Positions 39,142 through 51,950 of a stretch of 64,000 nt of DNA are shown here, one piece after another. The notes under the pieces are model-generated. The model ran no database searches. It had not been told where the DNA came from and worked only from the letters and a program-made list of their open reading frames with translations. The first letter of the stretch is position 1. Every line of letters begins with the position of its first letter. Source of the DNA: Phoronis australis (taxonomy: Eukaryota; Animalia; Phoronida); NCBI GenBank assembly GCA_002633005.1, contig NMRA01000752.1:58689-122688 (forward strand), in the 5' to 3' direction. The position numbers and the translations under genes were made by a program.

Positions 39142-40349
39142 TTTTATGGTGCCTCTGAATTCCCCAAAGTGTAAGTAATTCATGACATTGAGTTTTGCTT
39201 CAATGATATTTTTGATCTGCTGATGCAATTTCACAAGCAGGCCTCACTGCACATAACAAGCATTTGAACTGAGCTCAGACTAGTTAAAAGACAAGGCACT
39301 GGACAGCTGACTGGTAAATAATAAAAATTGCATGGACATGATCTTCTGTATATATGTGCGCTTTTTTGCGCAAGCGCAACAGAGATGATCCCTTCTGCCT
39401 TGCCCCAGTTTCGTGTTTAGACATATATAGCTGGCACGGGAGCGAAGCATTGCGTCCGTCCCAGCAAAATTGTGCTTTGCCCCACAACAAGAAACAAAGC
39501 CACCTGCTGCACTGTTAGGCCATAGTCCCAGCTCTCCTATCTTTTAGTCCAGTCATTCTACGGATAACCCGGAAAAAATTGCAACAGAAGGTTTTATTGC
39601 ATAAATCGTATCCTTTCACACCCCTTAGTGGGAAAAAAAAGTCTAACGGAATCGGAGTGGCGGAAGTTGGTTTTTCAAGATGGCGGAAAAAATGGCCGCC
39701 AGATTTTCTGATGCTCACTAGAACTCAAGAGTGAATTGTGATAGAGTAAAAATTCAAAAATCTTTACGTATGTTTTGTGGGTCAAAAAATCTATTGGAAA
39801 TGGTTTTGCATGGCTGTGGTGACACCGTCCGCCATTTTCCAAGATGGCCGCCAAATACTACTTGAATCACACAATTTCGCATGAACAGATTAGTGTGTTA
39901 TCTTGCTTCAAACGTCGCATCATAGGTTTTCTGGGTCGACTAATTCATTGAGACTCATTGCATTTGGCTCTGATTACTTCCACCATTTTCTAAGATGGCC
40001 ACGAAATAGTTGCTTCGTGTAAGAACTTCAGATTCCAGAGACACGCCATATCCTGAGTTTTTTAGGTCAGCACGTCCATTACAATAATTTTTGTCTGGCT
40101 CTTGAAGATTAGGACTATCGTTTTCAAGATGGTTTAACGAATAACTTATTTCGGTAAAAACATCGGGTTTACCTGGACTGAAGGATCATTCTCCTCCTGA
40201 AAAAATGTGCTGTATTGAAAATAACTCTGCAATTAATTCAGTGATCTACTATCCACACTGTCTGTATCACATCCAGTAAGTTGTAAATGCTAATGAATCT
40301 ATACACAATCAACCAGTATTTACACAACTAATCTCTGTCAACTGAGAAT

Positions 40350-43260
40350 GAATTGCTGCAGCTAAAACCACGACATTCTCCTCATGCAACCGAGCACGTC
40401 AATCCTAACTCCTTGCAAGTACATCTCTTGGAACTGCAGTTGGTCTTACACGAGCATCTCACTACCTTCAGCAGGTTCACTGGTGCGACTGGTCCGTCGT
40501 CGTGGGAATGAATTTCCACCTGCCAGCACGCATACCCAATACAGCGAGTCTAGGCCACTGCCACGGAAACTTGACCGCTCTTGCTCTTGATAATATGTCC
40601 CCGGCCGGCAGCATGGAATTTAGCTACCGAAGAAAGTTGGTGATATTGATTGTATTTGGACTGTGGTTAATCTGACACCTCATCCACAAATCGCCTGTAT
40701 CGCAAGTCATCCAAATTTCCAGAGTCAGTACCGCCACAAAGCACAAATACAACTCTTACCAGCTTCAAATATGTCTTGCTTCAGCTGCATGTGTCTAGTG
40801 AATACTCTTACTATTTTTTTTCAGAATTCTCGATCACGCAGTTTCTTGAATGGGAGAATCTTTGCTAATACCGAACGGCTGTAATGTTGTGTTGCAACCA
40901 CTTATTGCATGCGTAAATGGCAAAACTACGCAAGTTTCGGCACCAAGAGACAACTGTAGTTCCTTGATGTCCCAGACTCTCCTCTTGCTTTGGTGCCTCT
41001 TGTCAAATTACATAAATATTGGAATTTGTTGTGAAGTAACCTGGTAACGCAAAAGAACCAACAAGTCTGTATCGTCTGCAATAAGGGTAGTTGGACCTTG
41101 TGCTGTGTTCTCTACTGCTGTTTCTACAATTAAAACATATGCGTCACCTTGAGCTTGTACCACTGTGCAACCAGCATTTCCTAGCAAACTTGACAAGAAG
41201 TGAATGAATCGTTTGTTTGTGCTCTTGGCCAAAAATGTTCTTTTTTACTTAATCTCCATGTCACCATTGAAGTGAACTTCAGTTCCAACCACCCCACCCA
41301 GTCTTCGAACATGAGAGACATCTTTAGTTGATGGTCCATCTCAGTAACCATCAAAAACAACACTTAAAGCTGGGTGCACTTGCTGATGTAATCCAAATAA
41401 GCTCTACCAAATGACTGAAACGTTGCACCTCTAGGCCAGGGAATACGGCGAAAGAGAGAACCGCTGCCGATAACATGCATCACCGTGTTTTCTGGAAATT
41501 GAAATCCTCATGTAGTCCCCCAGTGGACCCGGAGTGCATCAGTTCATATTGATTTATTAGCGACTCTGGGAAGACCAGATGTATCAAAAAGAGCAGGGTA
41601 ACCAACACACAGCTCAAACTTCAAAAGGCTTGATGAATTTTCGCTGTTGTGTTTTGCAGCTGTCACGATTCACTGAAATAGCAGTCGTGGATCCAATTTT
41701 AGCAGCATGAACTGATTGAATTGTCATTGCCACAACATTGTCTTTCTTTCTGAATGTGAAGTCTTTCATACTTGACCCCTCCATAGACAACTGAACCGCC
41801 TTCCCCACTTCTCTGGCATTTTTAGCACTGACGCATGTGCCTGCAGTCACACCAGTGGCGATGTTCTGTAATGTATCTCTTTAAAATGCATTACTGTTGT
41901 GGAGGAATTCAACAAGGCTGCGGATGTCTTTGTCGTCACACGACTGTCTTGCCTGGGTACATTCTTTATGGTGCTGACTTGTTTCACAACTCAAGTTTGT
42001 CACAGTCTGCATGTCACCATTTTTACTTAAGCATGCCGGCAAGGAAAGCAGCCATGGTGCACTCTGTGTATCTCCCATTTCGCAACCTCTAGTTAAACCT
42101 CCTGTTGTTTCAAAACTTTTCATGAGCGTTTGTTCAATTACAAAATCATATCTCATTATGACAAGCCTGCCCAGAATCTGTCACTTTGTCTTATGGTGTG
42201 TTGGCCGTCTGTACGGGTGACTTTGAGTTGCTATGTCTGCTGCAAGTATATGTATGAAGATTTTGCATAAGGCAGTTATGACCAGCAGCTGCAAAGTAAG
42301 GCAGCATTTCAGAAACTGCTTTTAGGTGAAGCTCCCAATATGACGTTCTTTCTGCTATTAAAAAAGTCGAAGGATGTCAGTCATCTTCATATACTGTAGC
42401 CAAAGACTAATGATTCGACTTTGCAAGCCCAAGTCTGATTTATGTGCTTCCATTTTTATGGATACCCACAAAACACTCCGACGAGCATACATCGTCGCAC
42501 ACAGACGTCATGCCAGCAATAAGATCATCATACTGCTTCGGATCAGCTCTCAAATCATCATGAAGAACATCATTGACCAGTGATTCTTCTGACGAACTAT
42601 TCTCTGTCACTGCGAATTCTGAAGACCTATACTCTGATTCAGTTGTGTTTGAATATACCAATGTCAGTAGGTCGGAAGCCAGAAGTAAACTCCACCGTAA
42701 TCCAAGGCTCAGTATCGGAAGAAAATGGCGGGGCATGGCATGCCCCAGAGTATACATCTAGTTATGTGATCAGTTGGGATGTCTGAAGAATCTGTCTCCA
42801 TATATTCTGACGAGCCAAAATTTGTGTACAAACATTGAACTGCTCCACCTCTTGACATGTTCTGTGTTCGTGACATTCTGGACTCCTGGAATTTCTGAAG
42901 AACCTGAATTTCTTTCTTCATTGGTTTTGGATTAGCGTTATAATACTTGTTCTGTCAATATTTGGAAGTGGGATGTTGAATGTTGTGGCTTTCATAATAG
43001 CATTCAGTGCTGAGTCTACCAACACATGTCCCGTCACTGCTCTATCCACACTTTTTCCATTTAACATAAGGATCACACTGTTTGATGCATTCACCGTCTC
43101 AAGAACTTTTTGAAGCTCTGTGCCTGACATTACGTATCCAATACATCACAGAAAGCTCATCTCAGTATGAAATCTTCCAAGCCTGGCTAAGAACAAGTGA
43201 CTGCAGATCACTGTCGTTTTGTTTGCTGGCACTAATTTCCTCTAAAATCAGTTACCTATG
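40350..43260 (-). pseudogene. AcademX transposase-XPG nuclease-Cys-rich polyprotein, frameshifted
   Basis: ORF-track fragments 42918-43130, 41881-42156, 41614-41850 and 41008-41232, plus manual translation of ~40350-40490 and ~40865-40930, fall in the expected order. Confidence 0.8.
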
Positions 43261-43644
43261 TTCATAAAAAGCATGCATATTAAACAAATTGTGAGTCCTA
43301 ATTATTAAAATTTAATTAATAACTTTTTGTTACACAATCCTATTGGCTTTAGATCAAATTCAGGTGAAATCAGCAGCCAAATTCTCAATACCAGCAGCAG
43401 ACGAAATCGATACTTGGGAATAAGTAATAATATCTCCAATAGCAAAAAAGCCACTTCTTGCCCAATTTTATTTAGGGTTTGTGTATTGAATAAGCCAATA
43501 ACTCCTCCAGAATAACATTTTTTTCTAACAAATATTATTTTTGATACCTCAAATGAATATATTTTTCAGAAAAATAATTGAGTTTTTGAAATTTATTATG
43601 AGAATTTAACTGAAGCCTTTTCTGAAAAACACCAACTTTTATGT

Positions 43645-43669
43645 TATATATATATATATATATATATAT
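43645..43669. repeat. (TA)n microsatellite
   Basis: Run of about 12 TA dinucleotides. Confidence 0.95.
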
Positions 43670-45090
43670 GTGATTAAAATCCCACATTTAGTATCGAAAT
43701 CTTAAAACAAATTATAGAAACAATCAACTCATTAACCCTGACTGTAGATTGTAAAATGTTTTTGTGTAAATGCGTATCAGGTTACAAGCAAAGTTTGCAG
43801 AACGTAAAGGCGGTAAATTGGGGTAAGTTAAGAATTGGCGGCCATTTTGTCAGCCATCTTAATTTTTTTTCTCACAAACCAGTGACCAATTGTAAGGTCC
43901 ATACATGTATATTTTAAATTGTCTAACTTACAAAAGAATAAAACTTTTGCCATTTTCAGGGCAAAATATAAAAAGAAATCTTGCAACATGTACCAAATTG
44001 CCGTTTCGGCCGCCATTTTGTCGGCCATATTGGTTTTATTTTACGGAAAATTGGCATCTTTTGATTGGTATGCCTGTTATGAAAAGTGAATAATCAATGA
44101 CAAACTTTATTGTTTTATTTTTAGCTGTTACATAAGAGTAATATGCCAGAAAACAGTAAACACCGGTTTTGTCGGCCATTTTTTCCGCCATCTTGAAAAA
44201 CCGACTTCCGCCACTCCGATTTTGGTAGATTTTTTTTCTGACACCAAGGGATGCTTGAAGATGCCATTTATGCAAAAAAAACCTTCTGTTGCAATTTTTT
44301 CTAGGTTGGGCCCTCTGGAGCCCTAGAATGACTGGACTGTTTCACCTCCGTGGCCACTTTCTGGGCACAACGGGAACTTTGCATTAAACCAATCTACAGC
44401 TGTTCAAAAGTCAATTTCAAAAAAGTTCCCAAGAGTGCACATGCACGTTTAGTAGGAATTTTAATTTAAAAGCTGGGAAAAATATAACATCAACTAATAT
44501 GTTAGCCACCAGGTGTCAGTGCAAAATGATCCAAACAGCCAATCAAATGCCCGGAAAATATTGTGTCCATACCTTTCCCCTTCAAAAGTCGTCTGCTTGG
44601 CATGAAAACATTCATCAGAGGACAGTCAGCTGATGTTATCCTGCTGGCTAAGCTAGCTTGTTTACTGCTACTGACTACATTGGATAGTGTTAATGCTTAG
44701 ATGGGTGTGCAAGTAATAGGCATATACCAAGGGCCAAGGCTCAAAAACCAGCAGGCAGCAGTTAGGAATTGAGGAAAGCCAAATCAAGTGGCTACGAGTG
44801 TCATTGTACTGAAACAATTCTTGGCACATTCCTGAATCATTTCGCGTTTTGCAAAGAATAGTTTTGGGACAGCTAAGGCTCTGCTGAAACCATGAATTAT
44901 TGAACTAGTGTGCAACTTCACAAATAGACTGGCAAGATGTCTGCCCCTTGTTGCATTCATGTGTTAGCTTCTGCTCAAATTTCTGAGCTGGAATTTTCAG
45001 ATATTACCTGGTCTAAGGCTACTGCAAACAAACGTATCAACATTGAGTGCAAGAGAAGTATCATTGCTGATAAGTTTTTAAGTTTTCGTA

Positions 45091-46116
45091 GCCCTAAAAA
45101 CATCAACATAAATGAAACATGTGTAAAACTGCTGCAAAAAATATATACAGATGCCACCACCAGAATACACATCGACAACCACGTCTCTGAAAGATTCAAC
45201 ATAGAGAAAAGAGTTCGACAGGGAGACCCAATTTCACCTAAACTGTTTACACTGACAATGGAAGAGATGTTCAAATCTTCAGACCTTCAAAGGGGAGTAA
45301 ACATAGACGGAGAACATCTAACAGACCTAAGATTTGCAGATGATGTTGCTGTGTGCACAGAAGACCTAACACAATTAGAAACAAATTTAAATATACTGAA
45401 TGAAGAAAGCAACAATGTGAGATTAAAGATACACAAGGACAAGACAAAGTACACGACAAATTTTGAAACAGATGAACAAATAATGGTGGAGAACAAGATC
45501 ATTGAAAAAGTCACACAATATAAATACCTGGGACAAACTATACTAATGGGAACCGTACGACCAATGAAATACAAATCCGAATAAGGCCTGGATGGAGTTG
45601 CTTTGGAAAAAACAGAGAAACATTCCAAGATAAGAACCTACCCATATCCCTGAAAAGAAAAGTATTTGACCAGTGCATCATCCCCACAATCACCTATGGA
45701 TGCCAAACATGGACCTTAACAAATCAGACAATTGCCAAGCTAAGAACAACACAGAGAGCAATGGAGAGAAAAATGCTTGGAATAAAATTACTAGACAGGA
45801 TTCCACACACAGAGATAAGAGAACAAAACAAGAGTCATGGATATAATCAAGGCAATTCTGAAATTGAAATGGAGGTGGAGAGGACACGTGGCCTGAGCAC
45901 AGGACAACAGATGGACCAAAGGTGCACGGAGTGGCAACCCAGATATGGAAAGAGGTCAAGAGGACGGCCCCAAGCCAGATGGAGAGATGACATCGTGAAA
46001 ACGAAAGGCACAACATGGACGAGAGCAGCAAGAGACAGGACAAGTTGGAAGGCATTGTCGGAGGGCGACATCCTGCAGTGGATGGACAACGCCTAGGTGA
46101 GATGAGATGAGATGAG
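45091..46116 (+). mobile_element. 5'-truncated RTE-clade non-LTR retrotransposon (RT pseudogene)
   Basis: RT motifs VRQGDPISPKLF, LRFADD and YKYLGQ. C-terminus MERKMLGI...WQPRYGKRSRGRPQARWRDDI...WTRAARDRTSWK is typical of RTE. Very short 3' UTR ending in a (GATGA)n tail at 46097-46116. Frameshifts present. Confidence 0.88.
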
Positions 46117-46454
46117 CTCTGAAGTACCCCATGAATTTTAATAAATGTCCACATTCTCAAAAACTCAAGCCCCCCCATTTTTAGTCTTGGTGCACGCATG
46201 CTTCTATCACACTTAACAGAGGTAACAAAAATTGAAAGAGCTCTTAAAAAAGAAAAAAAAAACAAGCTAATGATGGAAATAATGTTGAGCCCTTAGAAAA
46301 TTAAGGAGATTGTCAATGTCAGTTACATGTAAATATACATTATATGTCTTGCCACCACCATGAACCATTTGCCACAAATCAAATTTCACAGGGAAACTTC
46401 ACAAACAAAAGGAAAGTTAAAAACCTATCCCAGTTACAAACATTCAATTGTTAA

Positions 46455-49400
46455 GAGACAGTCCATATAAAAACCAGTAGATTTTCAAAAATCAGTCTAT
46501 ACGTCAAAATTTAAAATAACTTCATTTTTTGTACATGAGTAGGTATCCTAACATAAATCCAAATGCCAAATTTTGTGCACTCAATGACTCCTAATTTCGC
46601 CGCTGGAGCATGATAACACAAATTGGCACAATTGGGCATATTAGCTGTCTCAAAAATCGCATGCTTTCAGCAACAAAAATGAGTAACATACAAAATAGAT
46701 CGAAAGCTATATTTTGGTGGTTGGAATAACCAACGTATACTGTACATAATTATGTGCCATTTATCAAAATCTGACAGTTTTGTGCTAGACAGGGGAGATA
46801 ATCCACAGACCACTTTTGGGGGCTAATTTTAGTGGCCATTTTTGTGACCTTCTCACTGCCATAAAACACCTTGTAGCCTTATGTGACGTTTTGAACGTAC
46901 AGTTAAAGAGTTAGTCTTGATGACTGAGCAATAAAAAATCTTGCCTCAACTTTGCACCTTAGTGAAAATTGTCTTGCAAAACTGTCTATTTTCATAGTTT
47001 GGAAATGACGAACAGACTTTACAGACCATTTGAACAAACTTTTAGGCAAGAAGTCTGCTTTAAATAGTTATAGAAACCAAGTCTAAACTCTTTCAAATGA
47101 AAACAAGATGTTTTCCGGATTTATTACGCGGCTAGTATCAAAACTGAACCCGATGACCTTTGCCCACCTTTGAGGGAGTCAGTTGAGGTTAAGCTTGAGG
47201 ATATATAAAAAAGGTACGTGTAACCCTCTTGTATTCTTTCATTTCTTTTGCATTATCAGGTTAATTTAAACACCCTGTAGAAATTTTAAATGGAAATACA
47301 TGTAGATGCCTTTAAGATTAAACGAGAATGAATTGATAGTTGTAATGACTGGTTTTGAGAGAAGCAAGCGCATTTTAAAAAGACAAAATGGCGGACGATT
47401 TCGATGGGCCTTCATGTTCCTTTAGAGTTTATTCTGCAAAAAATCCGATCACAAAAGCTTTGTGCTTTAGTGAGTTATGTCAAAGACACCACTGAACATT
47501 TGCGATACAGGAAACTACCTCATAAAACAAGGCCTGTGCCAGAGTACGCACTCGTACTACCCAGATTCGGTGAATTTCTGACTGAACAGGACCAGTCATG
47601 GAAGAGTCAGGTAATGCTGGATGTTACTACTCTGCTCCTCTCCTCCTGAACGTAGCAGCCTTGTCAAATTCTACCGGCATTTCTGTTTCGAGATATGACT
47701 TAAGTAAAAGTCAGAATGGAAAGGATCTCTGTGATGGCAAGATCGCTCCACTCAAACAACATGCAAAGTACTTTGCAACCGAAGGTAACAATATCATAAA
47801 GTTTCTGGATTTGAAAGAAGCATTACTTTCCACTGGCCATGTGAAGGGATGTTATGTGTATGCATGTTCAGTCAATGCAACAAAGTCTTTTCCAAAATAC
47901 TCAGTTCCTGGTATAAGCACATTCAAAAATTCCCACTATTCCACCCAAGGAATTCGCGTGTGGAAATCATTCCATGCAGGTGACGGTAAGTTCGTACAAG
48001 TACTGGGAAAATGGGAAACCTATTTCTCTAAAATACACTAACATCTCTAGACGTGGCGGATTTTCATTACCAAGAATTAAGGTTGGCATTGTATCTAGTG
48101 AAGAGCCTCAACAAAGTTCCCTTGTACCCAGCAAGGTTACTCGAATTTTTTCTTGCTACAGACGTAGAACTAGGTCAGCATTTGGATGTGGGTAACTACA
48201 CTGAACATTTACAGAGGGAAACCACGTATGACCACATCGCACGGCAGTGGTCAGAAGTGCTTTCAGATGCAAGAACCGGAGCGTCATTTGAGGCAGCCTC
48301 AGAGTACTATTTGGATGAGACGAATGATGAAGCAATAGGTTAGGCATTGAAAACAGGTAACGTGTCAACAAGATTTTAAGCAAAGGTAAAGAACTTTGTG
48401 ACGAACATATTCGATGAAGGAGATAAGTCAGGTAAAAACGTTCACCCTCGGAAGACCCAAAATGGAGAAAACATTACGAGAACCCACTGGTAAAGTGTTT
48501 ACCTGTGATATTAAGTGAATCGCATATTGGTGGATTTTTTCGAGGTTGTCTGCAGCAATGTTTATGACGATGCAATTTCTGCTGAAGATGTTGTTATATC
48601 GTTAGGTTTACTGAATGAAGTGGTAAATGAGCTCAACGTTTAGCCTAGTTTTGTATCATACCAGTCAAAGATGTGTGATATATGAAGTCGAGACCGTTAC
48701 TTCTGTTTACTTCATGTCTGTCATGAATGAGTCATTAAAAAATTGTCTCTCGTGAATCATTTTCTAATGACTGTGAATGTGTACCTTTTTATACCACTGA
48801 TGATCACACTGACAGAAATATTCAGCGTTAGGGTGCCCGGTGTGTGGGGGGAACACCAGATTTCTGGCGACTGGTGGCGACTAATATTTGTAGAAACCAG
48901 CAGGGACATTACAATATGAACCCAAAGTTACAATGACTATTGACAAGTTGAAAGATTTTTTGCACTGAACACTAGGGGGGCCATATCCACCTTGGGTGCC
49001 ATCCTTTGCCTGTGGCACCAACAAGGCAGATAGAAAACAAGGCAGGGGTGAGTTCAGTAACACTAGAACCTCTTTAAAATTTATCCAAAACCACGTGTTC
49101 TCATTTGAAATGCAGGGCAATATCTCGCGAAGTCTTGAATTATAGTAAGGTACTCGTGTTACTGCTCTTATTCTAGATGCGTCTTCAGTCTCTACGCAAA
49201 CAAAAGCAGCGCCATCTACTCATTTAGAACCCCGCATGCCAGTTGATTTACGTTACATATTTTTTGTAATAAGCAATAATCATCAATGCCGTTTTCAGAG
49301 AATGGTAATTAATAATGCTGTCTGCCTTTTCTCCAAAAACAAGGTTTTTATTTCGTGTTTCGCAAGCTAATTATATGTTCCAAGAGCCCCCTATTGGCAG

Positions 49401-49957
49401 CAGAGGCAACTGAGAACATGCAAAAAGGACGAAGTGCATTTCGTGTAATGCTTCGTACGCATAAACTACATTACAGGCAAGATTTTTTATTTTAGATTAT
49501 AAACAGGTTAGGAATGACTAAACAAATTATTATAAAGTCAATTTCAGAAAAGGTGCGTTATGGCTTCTACAGAGTGCCAAATTTGGCCGAAAATGGCTTC
49601 AGTCAAAACCTGAAAAATAGCCGTTTTTGCCTCACAAATTCAAAACGCACAAATTTAAAAATGGATTTTGAAAATGATGCCGTTGAATTATTCAGCCACT
49701 GCGCTTTCATTTCGTATTATTAATTTGTTTTGACCTTACCACACATGCTAGTAAAATGCATTCAAACAGGCCTACTTCAACGCCCAATTTTGTTGCAAAA
49801 TGGAGGTACAGGTCATAAAAAGAAAAATAATGAATGAAAATTCTTAAAAAGTGAGGTTTTTCTACATCTCAACAAACCAAATTCATGTGCTAAGTTTCAA
49901 AAAAATCGGTGATTTTGAGTATAGACTCTACCTGTTGGTTTTTATATGGAGTCACTC
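46455..49957 (+). mobile_element. Sola3-like DNA transposon, internally deleted and decayed
   Basis: TTAA|GAGACAGTCCATATAAAAACCA ... TGGTTTTTATATGGAGTCACTC|TTAA (TTAA TSD, GAG..CTC termini). Transposase remnant 47598-48343: SGNAGCYYS (SDNAGCYH-type) ... RYDLSKSQNGKDLCDGKIAPLKQH..EGNNI. Confidence 0.72.
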
Positions 49958-50779
49958 TTAATACGCCTACATATTCTTAATTTGAAAAGGTGTCATTTAT
50001 GGTAAATAATCTTTAGTTTATGTCACAGAACAAAAACTATTTTGCTTGATAAATTTGTAGTAATAGTGGTCTCAATCTCAAATGTAGTGGCAGTAGTTTT
50101 TACCAACGTGTGAGTGATCAGCACAGTGTGACTGCTTTTTATTAACTTCTAAGCCTATTTTGAGATCCTTTTATGTAGAATCATGAGCAGTGATTGGAGT
50201 TTGAGAAATATAAAAATGGAAATATTGCCTGTGTTCTGTAATTTATTTATCTTGAAAATTCAAATGTTGCGCAGATTTCAGAATCTCACATTTTCAAGAT
50301 TCTTGAATTGGAGATTTTAGAAAAGAAAAATTTTTTACTCTTCCAATTACGTGCTATTTCAAACAGGAAGCGTCAAATGAAATTTTAGCTCTACGGTAAA
50401 GAAGACGCTTTTCAATTTCAAACAAAAATATTGCCAACATGACCATTCCTCTATTTTTCAAAGGCTGAACTACTGTATTAAGGATGATAAAAATGTTTCT
50501 ATGTTTTAAATTGTTTGAAGGCAGCTGCACAGTGCAATCAATGCTAATAATGATGCTCATTTCTCTTAATGCTTATTTTTGTTCCTGAGCACTTAGACAA
50601 AATGAAATTCCAGTTGTTGGCCACAGTGTGTGCCAAGGTGAAGAGCATTTTGGTTATCTATTTCAGTTAAATAGGATTACTGTAGCAAGGTGTTTAGATA
50701 AAACGGTATTTAGGTTGTCAAAACTTTTTTTTTAATTTGGGTAGGGTGCAGGCTTGCAGAGATAATTTTTTAACTTTGT

Positions 50780-51950
50780 CTTTGCCATTAAAGGTGGGCT
50801 CAAAATTTGTGTTTCCTGGTTAACTCATTAAAGACATTGAACGGTTTGTATGCAAACTGTACAGCGAGTCATCAACAGTTAATAAAGCACGCCACCACAT
50901 ATTCAGGTTGAAGTCTGTGATCTGCCTCCTCATCATGATTGTTTGCTGCTACATCCTAAAAGAGCAAACTACCAGTGTGCCATTCAAAAAGGAGCCTTGC
51001 AACAGCATATCAGTGCACCATGTCCAGCTGCTAATGGGTGACTTTTGGAGCGGGGTATTCTGATGCTCCAATGGGTGACTCTGCCTTCAGCCCCAGAAAA
51101 TGCCATGAAAATGCTTTTTAATGGCAAGTGTAAAAGAAGTTGTAATAAAAAGGTGCTCTTGTTTGAAGTCAGGCATACCATGCTCTAAGTTGTGTGAATG
51201 TCCAGACTGCGTGTGAACACGTTGTCTCAGTCAAAAAAAAACTTTTGATGACAATAATGATATAAATGATGATGGAGTAGATGAAGAAACATAATAAGTG
51301 TATGCTATGTTGTTAAAGAACTTTAAATTTTCAACCTAATGGAGAATATTGACAGCATCTTTTTTCGTGCTCATGACTGACACTGCTCGGTGTGTCGTTC
51401 CCTGTGACAGTTGAGGGATAATGTTAAGTAATTATGACAATTAATGAAATTGATGAGAGAAAATGTGTTGCAGAAGCATTGGAAATGTGTGGTATTTACA
51501 TGTAGGTTGTGATGTCAAATCTTTATCAAGTTCCGTATGGTTAACAGTATAGTTCTTTTTCTAGTTCAGGATATAGTAGTATGTTTTCTGGCCAACAGGA
51601 GGCGCTGCTAAACGTTTACTTTTTCTCTTTTCCGAGCAATTTTCCAACTAATGTCACAATATTTATCGCTTTCCTTGCTCAATAATTTCAAATGAACAAA
51701 ACCCAATCAGATTATCATTCAGTTTTTGTCTAGTGTTGTTGCTTTTTGAAGATTGGTTTTCTGTGTCAAATTTTGCAAAAAGTCAGATTTTTTGGGGCCA
51801 AATTTCTCGAAAACGTGCAAGTCAAACCTTGGGAACTTTTTAGATTCTTAAAGTATACTACTTAATTACCTTAAAAACACCAAAATTATCTTGCCCCCAA
51901 AAAGTGGTCACGGAAGTGATTTTCTAGGCTTCCTAGAGTCGAATGGACTA
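50780..51950 (+). mobile_element. Second AcademX-like element, 3' remnant with right terminus
   Basis: Frameshifted ERFVCKLYSESSTVNKARHHIF / LPPHHDCLLLHPKRANYQCAI..LMLQWVTLPSAPE / RCSCLKSGIPCSKLCECPDC. Ends TAGAGTCGAATGGACTA at 51950, similar to the terminus of the 39545 element. Left end not seen. Confidence 0.72.

Larger units (their letters stand above)
39545..44339 (-). mobile_element. AcademX-type DNA transposon, internally deleted and decayed
   Basis: TTT|TAGTCCAGTCATTCTA ... TAGAATGACTGGACTG|TTT: 3-bp TSD, TAG terminus, ~150-bp imperfect TIRs. Minus-strand remnants include MSGTELQKVLETV..MLNGKSVDRAVTGHVLVDSAL; FVIEQTLMKSF.TTGGLTRG; XPG/PIN-like AQGDAYVLIVETA..IADDTDLLVLL and HAISGCNTT..FGISK; and a C-terminal Cys cluster CSCKTNCSSKRCTCKELGLTCSVA*GECRGFSCSN. 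Confidence 0.82.

Noticed and set aside
44937-45584. 215-aa ORF as a novel fusion protein
   Set aside because: It is a chance read-through from flanking DNA into a 5'-truncated, frameshifted RTE RT. The SWIM-like look of 'PCCIHVLA' is too weak to support.
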